A program made the position numbers and the translations under genes. The notes under the pieces were generated by a model. The model had not been told where the DNA came from. It made no database searches and saw only the letters and a list, made by a program, of their open reading frames with translations. A stretch of DNA of 40,755 nt from Methanosarcinales archaeon (lineage in GTDB: Archaea; Halobacteriota; Syntropharchaeia; Alkanophagales; Methanospirareceae). Below, piece after piece: positions 8,331 to 17,223 of the stretch (the first letter of the stretch is position 1; the number at the start of each line of letters is the position of its first letter). Where the stretch lies: contig JAODGR010000043.1 of NCBI GenBank assembly GCA_025464275.1, positions 1-40,755 of the forward strand, in the 5' to 3' direction.

Positions 8331-8801
8331 CTACTGTTTGAATAGCAATATGTAATCGCCATGCACCTTCTTAAGAAGTTTCGCCAGCCACATCACCACG
8401 CAATAGAATATCACCAGCATGATATATCTTATATCCCGGTATAGGAAATCCAGAGGTAGTGGAACTTCTTCTATACCTCCAACACCCGCCAGTCTATACC
8501 ACCGCATCGCGTAGTAAACGATGACATAGAAGTTGATAGCAGCCACGGAGAAGGCGATCCAGCGATAGATGCTGTTCAATTCCAGCCAGCCTTTCAGCTC
8601 TCTGCTCATCCTGAGGATGTAAGCAAAGAGCGCCCACCCCATTATGAAGAGGGCTACACCGGAGCATACGCTCTCCCAGAGGATTATATGACCGTTAGAA
8701 CTTATAAAAGCCCGCCACAGTATCGCTACCGCCATAATTGCAGCCAGTGTTCTCCGGTTCATCGTGAAATTGGAGAAGGATTCGCGTATACCCAATTTCA
8801 C
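8331..8801 (-). CDS. Hypothetical membrane protein (about 4 TM segments)
   Basis: Four hydrophobic segments; tight spacing between DUF2111 and CBS genes. Confidence 0.75.
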   Translation of the reverse strand: MKLGIRESFSNFTMNRRTLAAIMAVAILWRAFISSNGHIILWESVCSGVALFIMGWALFAYILRMSRELKGWLELNSIYRWIAFSVAAINFYVIVYYAMRWYRLAGVGGIEEVPLPLDFLYRDIRYIMLVIFYCVVMWLAKLLKKVHGDYILLFKQ

Positions 8802-8806
8802 TCACC

Positions 8807-9247
8807 TCATCGCTTACCCGCAGATGGGTACGCCCTGACCTGTTCGAGCACGTGCGGGAAATCAGCGAATACGGCGCCCAAATCAACGGTTCCCACGACG
8901 TCAAATACGCCAAGAGCTGCTATTGCTTCTCCTTCTCTATTCCGGACAGGAGCGACAACAACCGGTATACCAGCATACCTGCCCTTGAGTAGGGTGGTGC
9001 GAATAACACGATTCTCGTTCAGCACCTTCTCCAGCACCGGACCGGTGTACTCATAATTGACCACTTCCCCCCTCTCCACACGGACACCTCTCCTGTTCTT
9101 ACTTCGCATCGCCACGGGTATGATGAGCAAATCATTCACCGCTTTGGCTATCGGTGCGAGCTCTTCCGCAGTTGAGTCTTCACTTATCACTATATCTCTG
9201 CTTCTGCTCCTACTTCTACTCCTACTATCTGTACTTTCCATTTCCAT
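8807..9247 (-). CDS. DUF2111 family archaeal protein
   Basis: PVAMRS...GVRVERG...YTGPVLEKVL...GRYAGIPVVVAPV resembles DUF2111. Confidence 0.75.
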   Translation of the reverse strand: MEMESTDSRSRSRSRSRDIVISEDSTAEELAPIAKAVNDLLIIPVAMRSKNRRGVRVERGEVVNYEYTGPVLEKVLNENRVIRTTLLKGRYAGIPVVVAPVRNREGEAIAALGVFDVVGTVDLGAVFADFPHVLEQVRAYPSAGKR

Positions 9248-9344
9248 TTCTCACACTCTTACAGCTATCACAGAACAGAGGTAGCCAGCCCCTTTTATAC
9301 TTTCCCTTTTCCCTTCCAGACTTCCGGTTCAGTTCTTCAGTTCT

Positions 9345-10634
9345 TCAACCCATGGTATTACCGATTTGTGGTGTAAATGGTTCCTTCTCTGCTGCTTCCG
9401 TTTCCACCCCACTGGTGAGCCTGGCATGGGGTCTGTGCACCCTCAGTACGTCCAGACCGGGCAATGACTTACCCGCGAGATACATCAACAATGCACCACC
9501 AGCCAGACTGACGTAGCCTTTCTCACTCTCGCTCTTCATCCGCTCCATATCGAGCATATCCAGTACGGATGAGGTATGCCCACCACCGATGAGATGGAAT
9601 GCATCAGAGGCAGAGATGGCTTTTAATAGTGCTTTTGTACCCTCTGCAAACTGCTCATTCTCACACACGCCCGCAGGACCTTTCATTATCACCGTACCCG
9701 CATTCATTATTATCTCACGGTATATCCTGCATGTCTCTTCACCGATATCCAGTGCCCGCTGAGCGGGTGCCAGGGCGTGTACACTCAGTTCCTCACGGTT
9801 GCCCTCGACCTCCACTGCCACATCCACCGGGTATAATATCCTGCCTGAGAGCATGAGCTTCTTCGCCCTCTTCAAACTACTGAGGTACTTCTTCTTATGC
9901 TCTTCATCCATCTCTGCTGCGCCGGCTGCGTACATGAAGATGTTACCAATAACGCCGGTGGTCAGTATAGCATCGGCTTTACCAGCCCTCAAAACGAACG
10001 CCATCACATCAAGCACGTCTTCCGGCTTGGAACCGCCGAGTACATATACGATGGGGCGCTCCTCATGTGCCCTCTCCAGTGCCGCCAGCTCCTTCTCCAT
10101 CTGCCTGCCCACACACGAGTCCATCACCTTCGGGAAGCCGACAATCGAGGCATGTGCACGATGAGCAACGGAGAAGGCATCGTTTATGAAGTAGTCCGCA
10201 TGAGCGGCGAGCGTACGCACGAGATTCGACTTAGAATGCCGCTCAGGTGTTCGCTTGAGCGCCTCTTCAGGGTCCATACGCACGTTCTCAAGTAATATAG
10301 CCTCACCATCGCTCAGCGTGTCCATCGCGTTCCGCGCTCTTTCACCCGTTATGTCAGGCACGTAACCGATATCCACAAATCGGCGTAGCAATCGCGCATG
10401 CTGTGCCAGCGTGAGGAAATCAGGCTTACCCGCCCTACCCTGATGGGCGATAGCCACAACACGCGCACCCATCTCCTGCAACTCCCTTATCGTCTCGGCA
10501 TGACGCACTATACGCTCATTCAGCTTCACTTCACCGTTAATCACGGTGGAATTCACATCAATCCGCAGCAGCACCGTCTTGCCTTCCACCAGGAAGTCAT
10601 CCACCAGCGTAAAATCTTCCAGTTTATATACCAT
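9345..10634 (-). CDS. pgk: Phosphoglycerate kinase (archaeal type)
   Basis: LRIDVNS, AHQGR, LLENVR, INDAFSVAHRAHAS, GPAGVCE, GGGHT, SLAGGA. Confidence 0.93.
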   Translation of the reverse strand: MVYKLEDFTLVDDFLVEGKTVLLRIDVNSTVINGEVKLNERIVRHAETIRELQEMGARVVAIAHQGRAGKPDFLTLAQHARLLRRFVDIGYVPDITGERARNAMDTLSDGEAILLENVRMDPEEALKRTPERHSKSNLVRTLAAHADYFINDAFSVAHRAHASIVGFPKVMDSCVGRQMEKELAALERAHEERPIVYVLGGSKPEDVLDVMAFVLRAGKADAILTTGVIGNIFMYAAGAAEMDEEHKKKYLSSLKRAKKLMLSGRILYPVDVAVEVEGNREELSVHALAPAQRALDIGEETCRIYREIIMNAGTVIMKGPAGVCENEQFAEGTKALLKAISASDAFHLIGGGHTSSVLDMLDMERMKSESEKGYVSLAGGALLMYLAGKSLPGLDVLRVHRPHARLTSGVETEAAEKEPFTPQIGNTMG

Positions 10635-11805
10635 CTATACCATCTCCCCCCAAAATCTCCTCATACACACCCATGGTCATCTTCGCGATATTATCCCATG
10701 AGAAGCCTTCCGCGGTCTTCCGTCCATTGGAGCCCATCCATCTCCCGTGCTCAAAGTCGCTGAATATCGCCTTTATACCCCATGCGATGGAACCCGGATT
10801 GTCGTATACCTTCAGTCCGTTCACATCATGCCAGACGTAATCGAAGCCATTGTGTGTTACTACGATGGGTTTTCCCGCAGCCCATGCCTCCAGCGCCACG
10901 ATGCCAAAGGGCTCATTCCTTGAGGGAATGCAGACCACATCGCATGCCTTATAGCAGTTCACAAGCTCGCCATCGGGTATATATCCCAGGAAGCGGCATG
11001 CATGCTCCACGTTAAGCTCCCATGCCCGGTGTTCCAGCCCGGCTCTCATGTAACCATCGCCGACGAAGAGGAACTTGGCATCAGGGAAGTCAGGCAGTAT
11101 AGAGGGTATGGCTTCTAACAGCAAGTCCGCTCCTTTCTGGATGGTCATCCTCCCTACAAAGAGGCACAGCGGGTCCCAAACACCGATGGCAAGCCTCTTC
11201 TTCACACCCCTCCAGGGGTCCACAAAGCCGTTAAATTTGCTCAGTGAGACACCATTCGGAATCATTGCCATCTTCCAGTCCTCGAAGTTGTATATCCACT
11301 TCGCTTCCTTCTTTATCGTATCTGAAGTGGTGATTATCTTATCCGCGAGGAATCCACCATACCATTCGAGGTTCCTTATGTCACGTGATTGCCCCTCATA
11401 GAAGACATTACCACACCTCCCGTACTCGGTTGAGTGGAGTGTGAAGACGATCTTCTTAGCCCTTGCGTTCTTTATCTCCGCGAGCGCATTCACGGTCATC
11501 CAGTCATGTCCGTGAACGATATCGAAGTTGCCGGCGACATCCTCGGTCTGGAAGAAGTGGTATGCGAAGGAGTGGCACATATTATTCATCTCCTCCACGA
11601 AGTTGGGATTCAGGTCGAACGGGCAGCGGTGATAGTGCACACCGTCTATCACCTCATACCACCGCTGCCCACCGCCCATGCGGGTGAAGACATGCACCTC
11701 GTTACCCAGCCGCTGCAATGCAGCAGCGAGTTCAGAGACATGTGATGCCACCCCGCCAACCGGTATGGAATGCAATGACTCCCAGCTCAATAATGCTATC
11801 CTCAT
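10624..11805 (-). CDS. Glycosyltransferase family 4, glycogen/alpha-glucan synthase-like
   Basis: GGVASHV, HGHDW, FVGRMTIQKG and EPFGIVALEAW are GT-B family 4 motifs. Confidence 0.88.
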   Translation of the reverse strand: MRIALLSWESLHSIPVGGVASHVSELAAALQRLGNEVHVFTRMGGGQRWYEVIDGVHYHRCPFDLNPNFVEEMNNMCHSFAYHFFQTEDVAGNFDIVHGHDWMTVNALAEIKNARAKKIVFTLHSTEYGRCGNVFYEGQSRDIRNLEWYGGFLADKIITTSDTIKKEAKWIYNFEDWKMAMIPNGVSLSKFNGFVDPWRGVKKRLAIGVWDPLCLFVGRMTIQKGADLLLEAIPSILPDFPDAKFLFVGDGYMRAGLEHRAWELNVEHACRFLGYIPDGELVNCYKACDVVCIPSRNEPFGIVALEAWAAGKPIVVTHNGFDYVWHDVNGLKVYDNPGSIAWGIKAIFSDFEHGRWMGSNGRKTAEGFSWDNIAKMTMGVYEEILGGDGIDGI

Positions 11806-11900
11806 CTCTTATCCCGCCTTCCTCCTTTCTACGAACCTTTCCTTATCCTTTTCCTTATCCTTATCCTCACCACGCCTCACCTGCTGCTGCCTCACTCTCA

Positions 11901-12230
11901 CTATTTCCGGTTCCGGTGGAAGAACTCCTGCAGTTCCGCGTAGCGCTCATTGATGACCTCCTTGAATGCACCCGGCATCTCCCGGATTCGCATTGCCGTC
12001 TCTTCATCACCGAGATATTCTATCCATGATGCGAGCCACGGCGCCTCCGTCTCGGAGAATGCATCGAGATTCTCCACCAGCTCACTCAGGTTCCTTATCG
12101 CCTTACCCTGGTTCAGGTAATAGGGCTCCTTACCCACGGGTTCAAATAGTGAATTTGCAAGCCTTGCAAGCTCCTTCTTCTTATCCGCAATCTTTCTCAG
12201 GGTTCCCTTCTTCGTTACTTTCATTGACAT
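11901..12230 (-). CDS. DUF5752-like small protein
   Basis: EPYYL...IRNLSELVENL...LASWIEYLGDEETAMRI, similar to the C-terminal domain of the upstream gene. Confidence 0.6.
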   Translation of the reverse strand: MSMKVTKKGTLRKIADKKKELARLANSLFEPVGKEPYYLNQGKAIRNLSELVENLDAFSETEAPWLASWIEYLGDEETAMRIREMPGAFKEVINERYAELQEFFHRNRK

Positions 12231-13720
12231 ACCATCACCTCCTCCCTCGATTTCGGGTTTGAGACCGACTCTAACTCCGGCTCTAACTTCGGCTTCGAGT
12301 CCAGCTCCTGCTTCAGCTCCCTTATACGGTCCTCTATCATGCTGGTCAGCTCATCCCTGGGTCTCCACCACTCCACCTCCATGAGTTCACTCGCCAGTTT
12401 CGCATCGCCTAAGACCTCTCTTATCCAGGTGGCGAAATCATTGTGACCCTCCCTGAGATGGAAGTATATCGACCTCTTATCCACCCTCTTCAGTAGATAG
12501 AGGAAGGTTTCCAGGCTATGTGCAACCAGTCCAGTGTGAACGACCCTGCCGCCCCTTCGCATATTGAAGTAGAAAGCCTCTTCATCCGGTACGTTACGGA
12601 GTATATTCCCGCTGCCGCTGCTGCTCTTGTTACCATTGCAATCAAACTCGAATCTGACGAACCTCTTCAGGGTCTCATCCACAGTTGTGCGATGAGGAAT
12701 GGATATAAAGGGCCATATCCTGCCCCCATATACCTCCACATCATCACCGAATACACACTGAGGACCCACAATCGCCTGCTTCACCGTCGCATTCTCACCC
12801 ATCTGTGTCTTCTCGCCTATCACGCAGTGCTCCAGACTCGAATTCCTGGCGATGTACACACCCTCGAACAGGACTGCGCCTGGACCCACGGAGCAGCCCT
12901 CTTCCACCACCGTAGAGTCTCCGATCACCGCGGGTCCGGTTATCCCGGCACCGTTTATCTCCACATTCGCACCTATGAAGACATCCTGCTCTGACCGTTT
13001 CAATAGCCATTCAGTGGCTCGCATGTACCCCTCTGGCTGACCGACGTCAGCCCAGAAATTCGTCTCCGCCAGTCTGTACCCCGATATCCTGCCTTCTCCT
13101 TCGTGTAGTGCCTGAATTCGGGGGAACAGGTCCTTAGCGAAGTCGAAGGGTGTATTATCAGGTACATACTCCATCACTGAAGGCTCTATTATGTATATCC
13201 CCGTACTTGCGAGGTTGGTGAAGCACTCATCAGGTGATGGCTTCTCCATGAACCTCTTTACACGCTCATGCTCATCGAGCTCCGCTATGCCATAATTCCA
13301 CGGGTCTGAGACAGGGGTTAAAGCAATGGTCACAAGCGCTCCCGAGTCATAATGATGCTCTATCATCCCTCTCAGGTCCATGTCAGTGATATTATCGCCC
13401 TGTATCACCACGAAAGGCTCCCCCTCTACTTCCAAACCCGCGTTCTTCACAGAGCCGGCGGTTCCCAGTGGTGAGTGCTCCGCAGGGAACGATAGCGAGA
13501 GATGCCCGTCTCCACGGTACCTGAAGTTGAAGTGGTCTATGATCAACTGCCGGAGATAAGTCGTCGTCACCACTATCTCATTCAACCCGTGAGAAACAAG
13601 GTAATCCACCACATGGTCTATTACAGGTCTGTCAACCAGCGGTACCAGGGGCTTCGGTCTCGTGAATGTGAGTGGACGAAGCCTGGTTCCAAACCCACCA
13701 GCCAAAACTACCGCTTTCAT
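12221..13720 (-). CDS. NDP-sugar pyrophosphorylase with hexapeptide repeats and a C-terminal DUF5752-like domain
   Basis: KAVVLAGGFGTRLRPLT, PLGTAGSV, FMEKP, WADVG, left-handed beta-helix repeats; C-terminal EAFYF...HNDFATWIREVLGD. Confidence 0.88.
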   Translation of the reverse strand: MKAVVLAGGFGTRLRPLTFTRPKPLVPLVDRPVIDHVVDYLVSHGLNEIVVTTTYLRQLIIDHFNFRYRGDGHLSLSFPAEHSPLGTAGSVKNAGLEVEGEPFVVIQGDNITDMDLRGMIEHHYDSGALVTIALTPVSDPWNYGIAELDEHERVKRFMEKPSPDECFTNLASTGIYIIEPSVMEYVPDNTPFDFAKDLFPRIQALHEGEGRISGYRLAETNFWADVGQPEGYMRATEWLLKRSEQDVFIGANVEINGAGITGPAVIGDSTVVEEGCSVGPGAVLFEGVYIARNSSLEHCVIGEKTQMGENATVKQAIVGPQCVFGDDVEVYGGRIWPFISIPHRTTVDETLKRFVRFEFDCNGNKSSSGSGNILRNVPDEEAFYFNMRRGGRVVHTGLVAHSLETFLYLLKRVDKRSIYFHLREGHNDFATWIREVLGDAKLASELMEVEWWRPRDELTSMIEDRIRELKQELDSKPKLEPELESVSNPKSREEVMVCQ

Positions 13721-13803
13721 TTCAGCTATCCTCCACTAAGCATCTTTACTGTGGCACCCAGAAATAGCAATTTGAGAAGAGGTGTGGGTGAGTGAGATAA
13801 TTT

Positions 13804-13819
13804 TTTTCCTTATGGAAAT
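13804..13819. promoter_or_regulatory. Palindromic operator candidate TTTCC-TTAT-GGAAA in a divergent promoter
   Basis: 13/16 match to 4129-4144; immediately followed by TATA-like TTTTATATAT. Confidence 0.5.
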
Positions 13820-13872
13820 TCTATTTTATATATTGTGATAATTTACTTTAACATAGCACGACGTGAGATTGG

Positions 13873-14577
13873 ATGATACGAAAGAACATCTCATTGCATG
13901 AAGAGGACATGAAGAAGATAGCGAAGATAGTGGAGCAACAGGAGGGTAATCTCAGCGCTGCGATACGGGAGATCATCGATTTCGTGGATTTCATGCTCCG
14001 TAAATTTGGCAGTCTGGAGGAGGCGAGGAAGGTGGAGAGGAGGGCAAAGGGGGTGTGTCTACCACATGGTCTGCTTAACTGGTTCCTCAGATATACAGAG
14101 GCTTGCCTACCGGACGAGAGTGCGGTTGAGAGTATAGAGGAGATACGCGAGATAGATACAATCTCAGACCTTATAGAGGTGGTGGATATGGGCTTCCCCG
14201 TTGAACTCAACATCACCCCCGAGGCTGAGCGAGACCCGGGGGAGGTGGAGATACATCTAACCGGTGAGAAGATGTATGCGGAGTTCGTGGCGAAGGTCAT
14301 TGCCTGCTTCCTCGGCGAGAGCAGGGGGATGAAGGTGGAAGACCTATCACGCCATGGCGCATCCATCACTCTCAGGATGAGGAGAGTGGGCGTGGGGAGC
14401 AGGGATAGGGAGAGCGATTACAGGACAGTGCGTAAGAGCCTGCTAAAATACTTCGGTGCAAGGCACGTCATGATGCAGGAGATACTGGATAAGCCCCGCT
14501 TCTGGAACGACATGATAAATGCCACTGCAGACTGGGGTGATGTGCAAAGATACAAGTATCCGCGGTTGTACAGGTAG
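13873..14577 (+). CDS. Hypothetical protein with an N-terminal ribbon-helix-helix-like segment
   Basis: MIRKNISLHEEDMKKIAKIVEQQEGNLSAAIREII fits a CopG/RHH pattern. Confidence 0.7.
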   Translation: MIRKNISLHEEDMKKIAKIVEQQEGNLSAAIREIIDFVDFMLRKFGSLEEARKVERRAKGVCLPHGLLNWFLRYTEACLPDESAVESIEEIREIDTISDLIEVVDMGFPVELNITPEAERDPGEVEIHLTGEKMYAEFVAKVIACFLGESRGMKVEDLSRHGASITLRMRRVGVGSRDRESDYRTVRKSLLKYFGARHVMMQEILDKPRFWNDMINATADWGDVQRYKYPRLYR

Positions 14578-14600
14578 GACACGGGAATGACAGGAGAGCA

Positions 14601-14957
14601 TCACATCCCCCTGATGATGCTCTTTATCCGCTCTATCTTCGGCTTGATTGTATCATAATCTATCCCCTTATCCACCGCAACGAGGAGGATGAATCCTTCA
14701 CATCTCTCTGCCACTACTGTACCACCGTCCGCTTTCACTCTCAGCTCATCCATATCGCCCATATTCAGTATCTTTATGCATTTCTCCGCTGTCCTTACCA
14801 TCATCGCCACCACCACGGAGAGAGAAGAGACCGTCTCCATGATATGCCTGTTCCTGAATTCCACCATCACTCCATTCCTCGTGATAACTGCGGAAGCATT
14901 CACTCCTGCGGTGCCTACCAGTTCCTTCAGCGCTTCCCCGAGCTCTTCTCCCGCCAT
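14601..14957 (-). CDS. Roadblock/LC7 domain protein
   Basis: LKELVGTAGVNASAVITRNGVMV...MGDMDELRVKADGG; 118 aa. Confidence 0.8.
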   Translation of the reverse strand: MAGEELGEALKELVGTAGVNASAVITRNGVMVEFRNRHIMETVSSLSVVVAMMVRTAEKCIKILNMGDMDELRVKADGGTVVAERCEGFILLVAVDKGIDYDTIKPKIERIKSIIRGM

Positions 14958-14964
14958 CTTATCT

Positions 14965-15276
14965 TCACTTGCCCCCCTCTTCCGCCCATAGTCTCAATGC
15001 CGCTCTCGCCAGCATGTATATACCAGCCACCAGTGTGAGCCTGCAAACCACCAGCATCGCTCTGCCCCACGGGATAAGCTCATACATGCTGGCATAGGTA
15101 TAATAAGCTCTGAATAGTGAACTGAGAGCCATTAGAATACCGGAGCCTGCTACCACATTCCAGCCATGCCTGAATATGACAAACTGGAACTTCCGCCCGG
15201 CGTGGATAGCGAATACAGCAATCAAAATCCCCGCTGCAAGGTCGACCAATTCCAGTACAGTCGCGCTCTCTATCAT
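14965..15276 (-). CDS. Hypothetical membrane protein (about 3 TM segments)
   Basis: Three hydrophobic segments; 7 bp upstream of the Roadblock gene. Confidence 0.75.
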   Translation of the reverse strand: MIESATVLELVDLAAGILIAVFAIHAGRKFQFVIFRHGWNVVAGSGILMALSSLFRAYYTYASMYELIPWGRAMLVVCRLTLVAGIYMLARAALRLWAEEGGK

Positions 15277-15388
15277 CTCCGCTCCGCTTTCGATAATGGT
15301 TAACAGCCAATAGCTAATAGAATGTAGAAGGCGGGCGATTAAAATAAAAAATTATATATAATGGATGCAGTAATCATAGAAGTGCAGA

Positions 15389-15685
15389 ATGACAAAGATC
15401 GAGGATGAATTGTTGAGAGAGGTTCATGTGCTTCTGCATCCAATAAGGTTCAGGATTGTGGAACTGCTCGATGATGAACAATTACACATAAAGGAGATAA
15501 GCGATATGCTCGGTGAGGACAGGCGGCTCGTATCCTATCACCTGCTCACGCTGGAGGAGCATGGGTTCCTGGATAGCAGATATGAAATCTCTGAACGTCC
15601 GAAGTCAAAAGGTAAGGCAATGAGGAAATACCATACCACGAGCAAGGTGAGGGAGGTGCTCAGCGAGCTTAAGAGGAGGATTTAG
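15389..15685 (+). CDS. ArsR-like winged HTH transcriptional regulator (copy 2)
   Basis: 72 of 93 aligned residues identical to 4213..4521 (manual count). Confidence 0.88.
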   Translation: MTKIEDELLREVHVLLHPIRFRIVELLDDEQLHIKEISDMLGEDRRLVSYHLLTLEEHGFLDSRYEISERPKSKGKAMRKYHTTSKVREVLSELKRRI

Positions 15686-15711
15686 TCTTGGTCTTGTCTT
15701 GGTCTTTCTCC

Positions 15712-16164
15712 TTAACCACTCATTATCCGTTCAAGGGCGACTTTTACCACCCTGGACATCGTGCTGGATTTCTCCTCCAGTATCCGCTTTCGGTCCTCAT
15801 TCAACCTCTCATCCGCCACATCGCTCTTTAATATCTCCGCTTCATCTACCCCCCTGTTCCTTATCTCCACTTCTCGCCTCTCATTTATGTGCAGCCTTAT
15901 CAGAACTCGATTCAATAACCCCTCCACCACCTCTCGCACCTTCATCTCTACCAGCATACCGGTATTCTCACGGACATCATCCCTCGCCACGGGCGATTTG
16001 ATGAGCTCCGTAGCAGTGACGGGTGATACAAAGATACCGGTGTCCACTTCCTCCACTCGCAGTTTCGGGTTCTCATTCTCCTCCTCCAGTATGCCATTCA
16101 TCACCTCTTTCAGGATATCATCCAGTCCACTTCCCGAAATGACACCTTTCTCTTCCATTTCCAT
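15712..16164 (-). CDS. Hypothetical protein (150 aa)
   Basis: Glu-rich ORF with a purine-rich coding strand like its neighbours; no recognised motif. Confidence 0.6.
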   Translation of the reverse strand: MEMEEKGVISGSGLDDILKEVMNGILEEENENPKLRVEEVDTGIFVSPVTATELIKSPVARDDVRENTGMLVEMKVREVVEGLLNRVLIRLHINERREVEIRNRGVDEAEILKSDVADERLNEDRKRILEEKSSTMSRVVKVALERIMSG

Positions 16165-16238
16165 CTTATCCTGATAAGATAGGGATGATTATGATATAAA
16201 AAACTTTTGTACCCTCGCCCTGCCCCTGCCCTTACCCT

Positions 16239-17144
16239 CTACACACGGTCATGATAGAGGAGCCTGGCACCGGAATCTGCGATTCGGCTCTCCTTCACCT
16301 CACCGAATTCATGTAATGCTTCACTATCTCCGAGTACGAAGACAGTATCACCAAGCATAGCAACGCTGGCGACTTTATCTTCCGCGGCAACTGCTTCTAT
16401 CGCATCCCTGCATCGCTCACTCATCAGCCCGCTCTGTAATGAGAACTCACGAGCTGCGTGCATGAAGGTATCCAGGTCGGGCTTCTTCAGTAGCTCCTTC
16501 AGCGCTGCCTTACCCGCTTCGTTTATTCGCCTCACGAGTGATGCTCCCGCATCCTGCAGGATATACCGGGTTGACTTACCGCCGAAAGAGACGTAACTCA
16601 CCTTCACCACCTCCGGGGGGAGTATGAAGTCCACCATCCCGATACCAGGAGGACCTGGCTTCTTCCTTATCACTGCACCTCTGCCATATGTCTCTGCAAT
16701 CACATCACCCAGCCCTGTACCGTTCTCCACCTCTGCGAGATGTGCTATCTGTGCAGCTTCATTCAATGTAAGCCCGATGGAGAGGAGTGCATTCAATGCA
16801 ATTGCGGTACTGAGCGCTCCGGCACCGCTCGCTCCAAATCCCGCCCCAATCGGGACTTCGAAGCTGGTTGATACTCGAACAGGATACTTATCAGCCAGGC
16901 GATGACAGACGTATGCGGTGGTACTTGCTTCTACTTCTACTCCGTTTATCTCTATCCCCGGGCTCGCGTCATCCACTGAGACTGAGACCTCGGTTACACA
17001 GCCCGCCTCCAGTACGATGCCACAACCGATAGAGCCTTTGTACAGCGGGTTCTGGGGCTGGGGCGTATTCCTCTCTTCACAGATGACAAAGAAGCCGGTG
17101 ATGTGTGAGGGTGAGTAAGCCCTCACGGCGGTTCTATCATCCAT
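16239..17144 (-). CDS. Pantoate kinase (GHMP family)
   Basis: AYSPSHITGFF, GSIGCG, PIGAGFGASGA, AHLAEVENGTGLGDV, AMLGDTVF. Confidence 0.9.
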   Translation of the reverse strand: MDDRTAVRAYSPSHITGFFVICEERNTPQPQNPLYKGSIGCGIVLEAGCVTEVSVSVDDASPGIEINGVEVEASTTAYVCHRLADKYPVRVSTSFEVPIGAGFGASGAGALSTAIALNALLSIGLTLNEAAQIAHLAEVENGTGLGDVIAETYGRGAVIRKKPGPPGIGMVDFILPPEVVKVSYVSFGGKSTRYILQDAGASLVRRINEAGKAALKELLKKPDLDTFMHAAREFSLQSGLMSERCRDAIEAVAAEDKVASVAMLGDTVFVLGDSEALHEFGEVKESRIADSGARLLYHDRV

Positions 17145-17223
17145 ATTCTATCCTCTCTCCGTTTCAGTCAGCTCCATTCCATTTATAAAGCTGAAGGGAT
17201 TAAAGAATAAATGGCGGATTAAG

